A DNA stretch of 64,000 nucleotides, from positions 49,724,001 to 49,788,000 of the forward strand of contig OZ024750.1 of NCBI GenBank assembly GCA_964016885.1, read 5' to 3'. Below the pieces are notes generated by a model. That model ran no database searches. It had not been told where the DNA came from and saw only the letters and a list, made by a program, of their open reading frames with translations. Below, piece by piece: positions 13,637-25,580 of the stretch. How positions within the stretch are numbered: position 1 is the first letter of the stretch; the number at the start of each line of letters is the position of its first letter. The position numbers were made by a program, and so were the translations under genes. This DNA comes from Eledone cirrhosa. Lineage: Eukaryota.

Positions 13637-13780
13637 TTTAGTCCATAAATAGCCGTCGAAACGCCTTCAGATCTGTCGCCGGGGTCATACTTGTTCCTAT
13701 TACCCACTCTACTACCCTAAGTATTGAGTATTTTGGTGCGATATGGTCCATCTGGTTCCTTACCACAATTCCTTCGTTAT
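13541..13780. mobile_element. Short interspersed repeat family B (probable PLE terminus) with inverted duplication around (TA)n
   Basis: 13541-13602 is inverted at 13635-13698. The body (gagctcaagccg-tcgacgg; ggttccttaccaca-ttccttcgtta) recurs at 17336-17526, 28577-28640 and 48015-48100. Confidence 0.7.
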
Positions 13781-13804
13781 ATATATATAAATATATATAT
13801 ATAC

Positions 13805-14410
13805 ATTGTTATACTTGGGGAGGGTCATATTTGTGTAATATTGCCAGAATTAATAACAGAACACACTCACTGTTTGGTTGGTTTTCGCTTCTCGCTGTCT
13901 TTTATATCGGTAATCTAACTTACTCGGTCCTCAATGTTGCCATTGACTGACCGACGGTCAAAAATAATACAGATACAATATAGGCACAAACACATATATA
14001 TAGTTTATCATAAATCTTTAGTTGCACATCTGCAACATCTTCAGTGGTGTTATATTTTCCTCCTGTTGTGTTGTATGTCTACGCCATTTTTATTCAGTCT
14101 GTCTATATATTTATTTATTTGCTTGTTTGTTTATTTTATTTCGTCATCTTTGCGCATGCGTTTGCGTGTGTGTATAGTGTTATGTTTGCTGTGTGATGGG
14201 TGACTAGTGTGTGTTTATGTGCTTGTTGTTATTGTGCTTTTATATTACCGATATAAAAGACAGCGAGAAGCGAAAACCAACCAAACAGTGAGTGTGTTCT
14301 GTTATTAATTCTGGCAATATTACACAAATATGACCCTCCCCAAGTATAACAATATTTGTTTCGACACACGATTTCATATTAAAAACCTCGCAAAACTAAT
14401 TCATCGCCGC
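13805..14410 (-). mobile_element. PLE 3' UTR/pseudo-LTR fragment with inverted terminal copy and degenerate HHR (14007-14048)
   Basis: 13805-14240 aligns to 55505-55960, the 3' UTR of the PLE. 14244-14353 is the reverse complement of 13805-13914. The minus strand reads CTGAAGA-t-gttgc-agatgt-gcaac-TAAA (mutated GAAA). Confidence 0.8.
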
Positions 14411-14417
14411 TATATAT

Positions 14418-14486
<69 letters not shown>

Positions 14487-14990
14487 AATACAATAACAGA
14501 GATAGTTTAAAGCTAATCTCTAACTGGTAACCATCTCACTCAACAAACATTAGGTTATATTTTAATATAAACCCAATTTAAGTGTTTGGGGTGCTAACAA
14601 AATGTATTATGTGGAAAAGCCAGTTGTATTATTTTATGAGATGTAATTAAAGTTAAAATATATCTCTCTTTCCAAACAATTGTTTCATTATAAGTTGTCT
14701 AAAAATTCGGAGAATATTTCCAGTGTATGCAGAAGCCTAATATACATTCATGTAAGAATATATTTAGGTGGGTCCCTATAAATCATCAGTGGAAGCCCAA
14801 TAAACTTTGATATAAGAAAAACATTTCTTACCACAGTTAAAAATCGTGTCCGTTAAGTTACTCCTTCCCGCATCGAATGACCGGTAAATTTGAAATTCCA
14901 GCAGTTTTTGACTGAGGAAGTATTATAGCGTCACTAAGCGGGAAGGGGAGATAACTACGATCCACGAAAGGAGGAAACAAAAAATAATAT

Positions 14991-15485
14991 ACACGCGGGT
15001 TAATCAGTTTTTTCGAAAACATTATCAATCCAACGTGTTAGAACTCAATTGAAATTAAAAAAATAAATATATGCGTGTATATATTACACACGCATATAGA
15101 TATTTTCTTAGGCTAAAAACAGAGGTTGTGCCTGAATAAGAAACCACATCTCGTAACCGTAGTAAATACGGAAAGTTATGCTTTAAAGGGCAAATGGGAA
15201 TGTAAATCTCCGGCCGAATTAAGAGTAAAATATAAAACACACGCGGGTTAATTAGTTATTTCAAAACTAATATCAATTCCTCGTGTAAAGAACTCAATTA
15301 ATTTAAAAAAATAAATGTATGCATGTAATTATATACATAGGCATATATATATTTTCTTAGGCCAAAAAACAGAGAAGTTACAACCAAGAAAAACCACAAT
15401 ATCGCACAACAGTAATAAATATGGAAAGTCAAATTTATAAGGTACCTGGCAATAAACACCTCTGGCCCATCAAGAGTAAAATATT
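14991..15485. repeat. Diverged tandem dimer, 248-bp period
   Basis: acacgcgggttaa starts at 14991 and 15239; shared blocks include agaactcaatt, atattttcttaggc and aagagtaaaatat. Confidence 0.85.
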
Positions 15486-15531
15486 TATATTAGAATATAT
15501 AGATAGATAGATACATATATATATATATATA

Positions 15532-15608
<77 letters not shown>

Positions 15609-15655
15609 ATATGTATGTGAGTGTGTGCATGTGTGTGTGTGTATCGATCGACTGT

Positions 15656-15699
<44 letters not shown>

Positions 15700-15784
15700 T
15701 CTAAATATTGATGTAATTCAATTCAAGCACTCTACATACTTTATCCACATAGAAACGTCGAAATTTATTTAGAAAAAGAATATG

Positions 15785-16110
15785 ATAAGGCTGTGATACA
15801 TATTTCAATGACGACAGTGGCCATACGAATCCGCCTAACCAGTGCCATGATCTCATCAGACGGCTTCTCATTATAAGGTTACGTTCTTGAGACAATCCAA
15901 ATTAAAACGACAAGGGACGGAGAAAGAAGATTTTTTCGGAACGGGCGAAGGGTTCAAGTACATCATCATTGTCCGTTCTCTTGTCCCTTTAATATGGATT
16001 GCCCGAAGAACGTAACATTATAATGTAAGAAGCTGTCTGGTGAGATCATGGCACTGTGTACGCGGAATCACGTGGCCACTGTCCTCATTAAAATATGTGT
16101 TACCGTCTTA
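15785..16110. repeat. Diverged inverted repeat (about 135-bp arms) containing a hammerhead-like core
   Basis: 15785-15921 versus 15972-16110. The minus strand at 15790-15864 reads gccgt-CTGATGA-...-GAAA-tatgta-TC-acagc. Confidence 0.8.
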
Positions 16111-16152
16111 TCCATAAACGACTTTAACATTTGAAACTACTTCGGATTTTAT

Positions 16153-16183
<31 letters not shown>

Positions 16184-16698
16184 CTCTGTATATATATATA
16201 TATATGTGTGTGTGTGTGGTGTGTGTGTGTGAGGCGTGTGTGTATGTGTGTGTGTATGTGTGTGCTAGTGCGATTGTGTGTCTGAGTGTGCATAACAACA
16301 TTTGAAATCATATAAAATGTCTAGAATACTTCAATCAAACAAACAGAATACATCATATCTACTTGAAAGATACACCAAACAATGACAATATCTAAAACTG
16401 AACGTAATACCTAATATATTGTAGAATTTCTTTGAGATTTAATGTATTTTATGTTTTCAGTTTCTCAACAATTTTTATCTAAATAAACTTATGCAGCCTT
16501 TCCAGATATTTTGTTTTCATTATATAGTTATGTATTATGGAAACATAATACATTTATCGCTTGAGGAAATCATATAAGCCTAGTCGTATTGAATAGGATT
16601 TCTTTTGAGACAATTTTTACGTAAATTTGAAAGCCTTGACGATATAGAAGCAGTAGTGTCACTAACAGTACACGATATTTGTCAATATTATTTCATAA

Positions 16699-17029
16699 GA
16701 GTTACGGCCCTTGCTATTCTGAGTTCAAATCCCGCCGAGGTTAACTTTCCCTTTCATCCTTACGGGGACGATAAAATAAAGTACCAGTAATGTACTAGGG
16801 AATTTGCTGGCCTTGTGCCAATAGTAGAAACAATTATTTCATAGTGGATTGGCAGTATCGGTAGATGGTCGGACGCCATGCTTTCCAGCATAGTTACGTC
16901 CCTTTACGATCTGAGTTCAAATCCCGCCGAGGATAACTTTGCCTTTTATCCTTCCGTGGTCGATAACATAAAGTACCAGTAATGCACTGGATAATTGCTG
17001 GCCTTGTGCCTAAACGTAGAAACAATTAT
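16699..17029 (+). mobile_element. Tandem pair of tRNA-derived SINEs (family 1)
   Basis: A-box-like tggcagtatcggtag, B box gagttcaaatccc, core ctttcatccttacgggg-cgataaaataaagtaccag, and end gtagaaacaattat. The first copy is 5'-truncated. Confidence 0.9.
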
Positions 17030-17251
17030 TTCATATATGTTATTTTCTTGGCTTTAATTAATTGTGGGAGATTTGTATTTAATTAGCAGAATTAGTATAG
17101 TTGAAATATAAGCGGCGAAAGGCGTGAAATAAGTTGTAAAATAATCATTATAAGATATTGGGGAATTACTCAATATGAGAATGATTTATATATTATATCA
17201 AATTAGTGCATATATACCGTATATTTCAATATAGACATGCATACATACATA

Positions 17252-17335
<84 letters not shown>

Positions 17336-17338
<3 letters not shown>

Positions 17339-17520
17339 CGAAGGAAATGTGGTAAGGAACCAGGTGGACCGTAACGCACCAAAGTACTCAATACTTGAGG
17401 TAGTAGAGTGGGTAATAGGAACCAGTAAGACCCCGACAGCTGAGCTCAAGCCGTTTCGACGGCTAATTCTGAATTAGCCGTCGAAACGGCTTGAGCTCAG
17501 CTGTCGGGGTCTTACTGGTT

Positions 17521-17526
<6 letters not shown>
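17336..17526. mobile_element. Family B repeat ending in a near-perfect hairpin (about 52-bp arms), flanked by (TA)n
   Basis: taggaaccagtaagaccccgacagctgagctcaagccgtttcgacggctaattc-t-gaattagccgtcgaaacggcttgagctcagctgtcggggtcttactggttccta. Confidence 0.85.
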
Positions 17527-17584
<58 letters not shown>

Positions 17585-17750
17585 AGCAAATTATAAGCGT
17601 AAACATGTAAGTATGTTTTTGAAACGGTGCGCCAGTTTGAAATTAGAAATTAGAAATTATAACCTTTCACCGTATTTTAGACTAAAGAAATTTCTAGCCT
17701 GATAGTGGGGTTTATAACCCTCGGAGAAATGGAAAAAGATGAGTGTTGCC

Positions 17751-17785
<35 letters not shown>

Positions 17786-17788
<3 letters not shown>

Positions 17789-18348
17789 CGTTTCTGAATT
17801 TGTTTAGCAAGATTCTTTATCTGAAATCGTGTGTTGAAACCGATATTGTTATACTTTGGGAGGGTCATGTTGCCAATAAGAAACACACGCACCAGTTGCT
17901 TTCACTTCAATTTAATTTATTAAATATTTATAAATTTACAAATTTATAAATTTCTGGTTGGTTGGTTGGTTCCACAACCAGATAGTTGTTTATATATATA
18001 TAGTCATAGTTCTTTCGTCACACACTCTGTGACCTCTTCAGTGACTGGGGATTTCTTTCTTCGTTTCTGTGCCTTTCCTTTCTTCTATCCTACGCCATTT
18101 TTTTGGCGTAGGATAGAAGAAAGGAAAGGCACAGAAACGAAGAAAGAAATCCCCAGTCACTGAAGAGGTCACAGAGTGTGTGACGAAAGAACTATGACTA
18201 TATATAAACAACTATCTGGTTGTGGAACCAACCAACGAACCAGAAATTTATAAATTTATAAATTTATAAATTTATAAATATATAATAAATTGAAGTGAAA
18301 CAACTGGTGCGTGTGTTTCTTATTGGCAACATGACCCTCCCAAAGTAT

Positions 18349-18352
<4 letters not shown>
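17786..18352. mobile_element. Family A PLE pseudo-LTR fold-back (about 250-bp arms) inside (TA)n
   Basis: 17846-18097 is nearly the exact reverse complement of 18104-18352, with a T-run loop at 18098-18103. Confidence 0.9.
18155..18199 (+). ncRNA. Minimal type I hammerhead ribozyme (mirror copy at 18002-18046, minus strand)
   Basis: agtca-CTGAAGA-g-gtcaca-gagtg-tgtgac-GAAA-gaac-TA-tgact: stem I agtca/tgact, 6-bp stem II, minimal stem III, CUA cleavage triplet. Confidence 0.75.
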
Positions 18353-18394
<42 letters not shown>

Positions 18395-18454
18395 AGATTG
18401 ATATAGATAGATAGATTGATAACTAGAGATAGATAGATAGATGTATACATAAAT

Positions 18455-18467
18455 AGATAGAGAGAAA

Positions 18468-18558
<91 letters not shown>
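18455..18558. repeat. (GA)n microsatellite
   Basis: Long gagaga run. Confidence 0.95.
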
Positions 18559-18560
<2 letters not shown>

Positions 18561-18569
18561 CATATCGAT

Positions 18570-19720
18570 ACTGGAGTCGGGTTCAAAACTCCTATGGGTT
18601 ATTTTGAGCCAATACCCTACGACGCTTAAGGATACGAACCTAGAATAAAGGATTAGCTGGTCAAAATTATCGAGAGCAAAGGCCTACATAAATGGAATGT
18701 CCCACTGCGGACTTTGCAATATGGACTTGTTCCATATTTTAAAGTACGATAAAATTCAGCTTAACACCAAAATAGAACGATCAATTTCCTCTAGGCACAA
18801 AGCAGCTACTAAATTCGCAAATTTCAAACCGACATGATTCCATCCAACAATCCCATAATTCAAGCTGAACCACCCATAGTATATTACAATAACTACATAC
18901 CAACCCACTATTATTAGCTGTCAACAGACCAACTAAATCAAGGTCATAAACAACCTAACCTTTCTTTCACTTTCTCTCATTAAAGCTATTGCACCTCTTC
19001 CCTTATCTCCTATCCTCTAACCTAACTTCTAATTTATTAATTTATCTTTTAAATGTTATCTACTCTAACCATGTGTGATTTAACCAATATATATGTATAT
19101 ATTTAATATTTATTTTTTTATTAATAATAGTCCAACCCTCATCACATCTTTATACTTATACCACTACCACTTTAACCACCACCACTATTTTCAACAACGA
19201 TATTATATTCATATGTTTTTTTTTATTTATATATTGTTTATCATCTTCATTCTAAATTATTTATTGTTTTTTTCTTTTTCTTTTTCTTTTTCTTTTTCTT
19301 TTTCTTTTTGTCTATCTTTTTCTCTTTCTTTATTATTGATGATGTTATTTAAATTCTCCGTAGTATAAATACAAATATCGAGTGTAACTTTGTCAGTTAT
19401 TCTGGTGATTTAATTAGGCATACACTTTATGTAAAATTCAGTGACACAACTTCGAATGATTAGCAATATTTAGACATCCTAATCAATGAAACAATTGTTA
19501 ATACTCTAAATAAAACCCTTTTGTACAGTTGACCATGTTATTATTCACTCTTTCACTAATATTACTCCAAGATTAACCTGGATAGGAATTCCCGAGAACT
19601 CGCCATCTAGCTAAGGAAACCTCTTGTTGAGTCAAACAACGCCGTACGTTAAAACTATCCACAATACAGAGTACTCACAACCTCTAACCGGATTACGTGT
19701 AACGATAATTTGTTATCCCA

Positions 19721-19722
<2 letters not shown>
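18570..19722 (+). mobile_element. 3' fragment of a Penelope-like element (C-terminal GIY-YIG region plus 3' UTR)
   Basis: ISWSKLSRAKAYINGMSHCGLCNMDLFHILKYDKIQLNTKIERSISSRHKAATKFANFKPT* (stop 18835-37). Its UTR end (19560-19720) is homologous to 44421-44590 on the minus strand and runs into (TA)n. Confidence 0.7.
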
Positions 19723-19758
<36 letters not shown>

Positions 19759-19905
19759 TATTATGCTCAGAAATGCTATAAATACCTTAAAATTTGGTCA
19801 GGCAACTTCCCGGTCGCTACGAAGGATTTAACCTCGCATCTGGGATATATACATACATATATACACGCACACACATATATATGTGTTTGTGTGAGAGAGA
19901 GAGAG

Positions 19906-19969
<64 letters not shown>

Positions 19970-20102
19970 TGTGTGTGTTAGTATGTGAGTATGTGTGTTT
20001 CATCTACGATGCAAATGATTACACGATACACGAAGATTTTATTAATGCATTCAATCGTTTATAAGGGATGGCCGCATTTATCCAACCAGAAGTAAACTAT
20101 AT

Positions 20103-21212
20103 TGTAAACGGGGTCCGCTGATGAGATTCAATGCGATGACCGACGACCTGGAAGTTGCCACACTATGACATTGTTTAGGAGAATTAATATCAAATAGTAT
20201 GTCTGCATATATTCATGCTACTTGCATGTTAATTGTTTGTGGCCGTTTTTCAGGTGAAACTTCGATCGGGTTGTTCTCGGTAACAAAAACGTAGGCGTTT
20301 ACTAATTACTCACACCAATGAGAAGATTAGCCGCCTGAGAAATTCCCTTTCTTATGTGATTCCGTCTCCCCCATTATGAGGCGCGTAACGGTTGAGCTTT
20401 GATGACTCCCCTTCTACAGACACTGATCCAGAGACCTTTTTTATTCCCCCCCACTAATTAAAGCCATATCTAATGGTGCACCTTCTCCTCCTAACCTTAT
20501 AGCTCTGAAATATAAGAATGTGATACCACTACGAAAGCGAGCAAGGTTGAACTCTCAAACTCTACGCGCACGAACAATGCGGCAAAGGCGTTCACACGTA
20601 TTTCGTTCTAATAAAACCCGTCTCCCATTTGTTATGTTACCCATACACCATCAAGCATTCCTTGTCACCCACTCTCTGTCTACCACCTCATGTCACATAT
20701 TTTCCTGATCTCTTATCACTCATTGCCCCCATAAACACGTCCACAATGTGTACACTTTGTCAGAGTGGCAACTCACAAGTAAACTTACCCAACCTTTTTT
20801 TTATTTAACAGGAGACAGTGGCAGGGAGAGATGCTCACCTGACGGCCAATAGAGAAGCCCTAGAAAGAGCAAGGCAAGTGGAGACGTCCCCAGAGATAAA
20901 AGTTCGCCTTGCTGCAATCAGAGTAGCCCATGAAGGAGCTGGCACGGTCGCAGAGAGGGAGATTCGCTTTACAGCAGATAGAGATTCACACAGACGCCCG
21001 AGAGAAGATAAAGATTCACTCTCCAGAATTCTAAGACAGATACTTGATAGGACTGCACGAGCAGCAGCCAGTGTTGCAAAGAATATTGTCTGGCTCAAGA
21101 CTGCCCTCACTAGTGATTAGGACAGCAACCCTAAGTCTCCTTTGGTAAGATTAACACGAATTAAGATGTAATTTCTTCCCCGTTATTGATATTTTGCAAC
21201 AGTGAACGTTAC
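20103..21212. mobile_element. Possible LTR-like segment (GC-richer island)
   Basis: Begins TGTAAAC and ends GTTACA; the composition differs from the flanks. No matching TSD was found, so the boundaries are doubtful. Confidence 0.25.
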
Positions 21213-21280
21213 AAGGCCCTCTTTAGGGCCAACACGTCTTATTGTTTATTCGACTTATTATGGTGTTTGCTGGGGTAATA

Positions 21281-21744
21281 TCTACTATAAGAGAGACACG
21301 GGATGGCTTTATTAAATTGCTTCAGTCATTCGAAGGGATTCACAAACGGTGATATACAGGGTGCTTGAACAGTACCTGAATATGTTCAATCGGTTATAAT
21401 GTCTTCAATAATTGCAATGCCTTCCTCAATTGTTCTGTGTTCTTCAGCTCTAAGGTAGTAGGTGTGCTGTTCTTATGCGTAATTCTTTTTAATAAGTTTG
21501 ATACTCTTCGAGCTCAACCTTTCCCGGTGTATTCACTCTGAATGAAGAAAGCTGTATAAAAGGACTTATGAGTTAAATAGCTACTGATAGTTCCACACAA
21601 AAAATTGATCTGCCATTAACACACCTAGCAAAGCTTGGTATTGAAAATCCCGTATGGGCACCCATGGTCACGAGAATTTTCAGGCGCAATCTGAGAATGC
21701 GAATAACCCCACCTTTTCCGGGTATTACCGTGTACTGTAGCTAG
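21281..21744 (+). mobile_element. Non-autonomous Helitron-like element
   Basis: Starts a|TCtactataag, has the imperfect subterminal hairpin ccgggtattaccgtg, and ends CTAG|t. Confidence 0.65.
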
Positions 21745-23239
21745 TAAATATATAAAATAACATGTGACCTAATATATAAAAATAGCTTATCGATGCATAT
21801 ATACTAAATATTACGCAACGTATAGACTGTGTTTGCGATTTGATCTTTCATGAACTAATCAAATTATCTACTGTAAATGATGTTGTTGTTTTCATTGTTT
21901 ACATCTGATATTTGTCAGCAGTTTTACACCATTTGATGCATTATCCTTTCAGTATTAAGCGTATTTGACAAATCGATTTCTTTTTGTTCCCTCCCCAATA
22001 GAAACTGTTATTACTGATGAGCAGCGTTTTGACATGAAGCAGAGAATTATCGTTGGAAAACATTAACTTAATTGGAATGTCATTTGAAGAAAGTTTCATG
22101 AGTATAAGAATCTATTGAAATATTAATATGTAAATCATAGTTATACAGAGTGCAACTGACAGAATTCATGTTAATATTATATATTGTCGTCTGAAATAAG
22201 CGTTTATCATATTTATTATAGTTTCCTGTAAAATGTATATCTCGTTTATTTTCAATGATGGAAGCGACTGCGTCGAACTCAATGGAATATTATACTTCTA
22301 TCGAATCAACTATTCTAATCACATTAGTAGAAGCAATCGTACATTATATTTCCCAGTGAGTTACGTTATGCATAATATTCCATTTGCTTCCGACAACTTT
22401 ATCTTTCTCCTGTACTTTGTCGATGGTGATATGTCATAAATGCTTTAATTTATGCATTTCTGTTGATGTTTATGTAAATGCATTAAGAAAAGCATTGCAA
22501 GTATGTCAAGGATGTTCATTTTCTAAGAGACCAAAGAAAATGTTATATTTTAATTTCAGGAAATGTGTTTGACATTTGTGAATATTTTATTTTCTCTATT
22601 TGCAAATACGTTCTTGATATTCAGAATTTACGAAAGAAACATTATAGTATTCAACATCATTATATGTCCCCAAATGCACTTTTATTGGCAATAGTAAATG
22701 CTAATGCAGAGAAATGTGTTAAAGAACTAAGAATATGGTGAGGGACGAAACAGTAAATTATAATTCATATATGCAACGTATTCCATAAAATAGACGGACA
22801 CACATTTTATTGTGTATTTTGTTTCCCCAAACAGCAGATAAACAGAGGTATGGAGATCCTGCAACTACTGTAATGGGAACTTCAATGTAACAACTAAATC
22901 AACGAATATTCAAAACAGAAAAAAACAGTAAATATTGTAGCATTCCCATCTGAATGGCAGCTTCGCTAAATTAAATATTATCCTTTCAATACTCTCCTTC
23001 ATTCTCAGTAAACAATTCCTATGTTTCTATGTAACTGTTAGACAATTTTACTATTATATCTGCTATATAAGAAATCATTATTTTAAGATATAAGAAATCA
23101 TTATTACATCTGCTATCTGTTGCAGGTGATTTGTTAAATTAATTAATTCGTTGAGTGTTGTTTCATTTTAATTATTTTTTGTACTTTTCGTTTGTGAATT
23201 CAGTGAATGCTTTAGTCCTCAATGTTCTCGCTCTTTTTT

Positions 23240-24395
23240 CTCTCTCCTCTTCAATCACTTATTCCCGAGGTGCTCGTTTGCGCAGAGTCCTCAAACACTC
23301 CTTCCATCATGTCCAGTCAGAAGCCAACATCTCCAACTGATCTGGCTGGATCCCCAAGCGAGACCAGCCACGGTCATGGGTGTTATCCAACCACTGTGCT
23401 GGCTGATTTTACCCGTTACATCTGTACAGTGATTCTTATTGAGACCTCATAACCACATGCTCATAATATCGGAGTTGTCATTTCTCAATTCGGAGAAGTA
23501 GCGGTTGTAACTGGAATAACTCTCTGATCTCCGAGCTACTCACTCTATCGAGTAACGTTACTCCAAATACCCTTCGAAGGAATCCCATTTCTTCCACTAG
23601 TAGTTATAGATTAATAAACATAGCTCAGGGTTGGCACAAAAAAACGAATTAAAGATATCGAGTTTGGCTTTTACGCCCATCTCCGTCCTTCTGATTACCG
23701 AATGTTGAAGCTAGCACATTACTGCACCAGCTTCGGCAATTCTTACACTTAATTTAGCCTCTTGCATTCCATCACTCGTAAACATGACCACGAGGTACTT
23801 GACCTTCTCTACCTGCTCCAGTAGAACTCCATTTACATGTAGAGTGCACTCAACAGGCTTCCTTGTGAGTACAAGTGTCTCAAATTTCAAAGCTATCAAT
23901 TGGAGATCAACTTCTGGCGAAATAAGTAACACCATGTCGTCTGCAAATTCCAGTCGACTGATTTTGAATCCACAAGTCATGATACCACTTCCAACACGAC
24001 TGCGCATGTCAATTCTGTTCAAGTAAATAATGAACAGGAGAGGTGATAGTACAGACCGTTAGCCGAGCCCGACTCCCACATTTAATGGCTTCGATTTAAT
24101 ACCATTTATCCGTAGACAAATAATTGGGTATTCGTATAAAGACATCACGGTAGCAAAAAACTAACAATCAATCCCTTTCTCCTATGGAACCTTCCAAAAA
24201 TGTCCAGAGGAACGTGGTAATATGATTTTTGATGGTCGACAAATCAAGGATATACAACCTAGCACTACTCCAATGATTTCTCGAATACATGCTGAATATT
24301 TGGTCGGCTGTGCTGCGGCCGGAGCGAAAGTCACACTGTTCATCAGCTAGTTTGGACTCGACAATCTCCTTGCATCTCTTTGCCAGACTCTTAGA
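23240..24395 (-). mobile_element. 5'-truncated degenerate RTE-clade LINE
   Basis: Minus strand: EQCDFRSGRSTADQ, VLSPLLFIIYLNRI, LEFADDMVLL, VEKVKYLVVMFTSDG, EMGFLRRVFGVTLLDRV, WSRLGI. Confidence 0.85.
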
Positions 24396-25378
24396 ATATA
24401 TACATTGCTTTGCTCTGCTGTATTTTCATATAAGATTTATACGGGTCGGTATTTATCATGTGTAAAATATAATTTTGTCAAACTGTATTTAACAATTTTA
24501 TGATAAGTTTATTTTGTGAACTACACAGTCAAATATCTAACATCCGAAAATAGACCCCGTTTCATAGAAACGTGTAGAGTGAAGAATGCAATACGTTTAA
24601 GAAACACTCATCTCCATGGTACTGTGTCTCTTCATTTACAACATGAGAAGAAAAAACATTATATTAGTTTTTTTGTGAATCAAAACCGAGCCGCATTTAC
24701 ACAACAACAACCAGTTTAGTTTCACAGCTATTTTAAAGTAATGTATGGTTCAATGTAAAATGTGCATTATTATTTTACAAGTGCTGTTAAAGGCATATAT
24801 TGTATAATATTAATCAACGAACAAAAGCCATAATACCATAATCACATTCACCCCCTATAATATATTTTCATTATTTTTACGTTATGTTATGCTAAGTGTA
24901 TTGAGAACTATTTATCACCTCCTTCATGAAACTATAGTGTGGAGCTAAACTGTGGATTTTTTACAAAACTACCATATATAATATATTTCAATTCCGTTTA
25001 ATTATCGGTAGAGGCCCAATATGTCCCTTCTTATTTTTCTAGTACTTTCTAACAATCAATTATGGTATCCTGTTTGCTATATTACTTTTTTCATTATACA
25101 GTTATGACTTCTTTATTTATTTGGCGATTGATTCAAATTATTTCATTTTCCGTGTTTTATCACGTTTGAAATTTACGCTTCAATCTAAACTTTATTTTAT
25201 TGTTCAATGCAAATTTAAATTTCAAAATTGTTATATTTCTGTTTTCATTATGCTTCCTTTAAGAAGAAGGAAGGGCATGCATTGTTCATCTGCTTGGTGA
25301 ACATGGCGAACAGATTGTGTGGTGGACAGGGCTGAAAGGATTGAAGACGGACACCTTTCTCTCCAGCGAATCCCTGTA

Positions 25379-25580
25379 TGGCAGTATCGGTTGAGCGTCA
25401 TACACCATGCTCTTCAACATAGAATGATGTCCCTTTACGTTCTGAGTTCAAATCCTACCGAGGTTAGCTTTGCCTTTCATCCTTACGGGCTCGATAAAAT
25501 AAAGTACTAGTAATGGGATCTATTTAGTTCACTTACCCCTCCCCTTCAAATTAATGACCATGTGCCTAAAGTAGAACATT
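25379..25580 (+). mobile_element. tRNA-derived SINE (family 1)
   Basis: tggcagtatcggtt...gagttcaaatcc...ctttcatccttacgggctcgataaaataaagtac. Confidence 0.85.
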
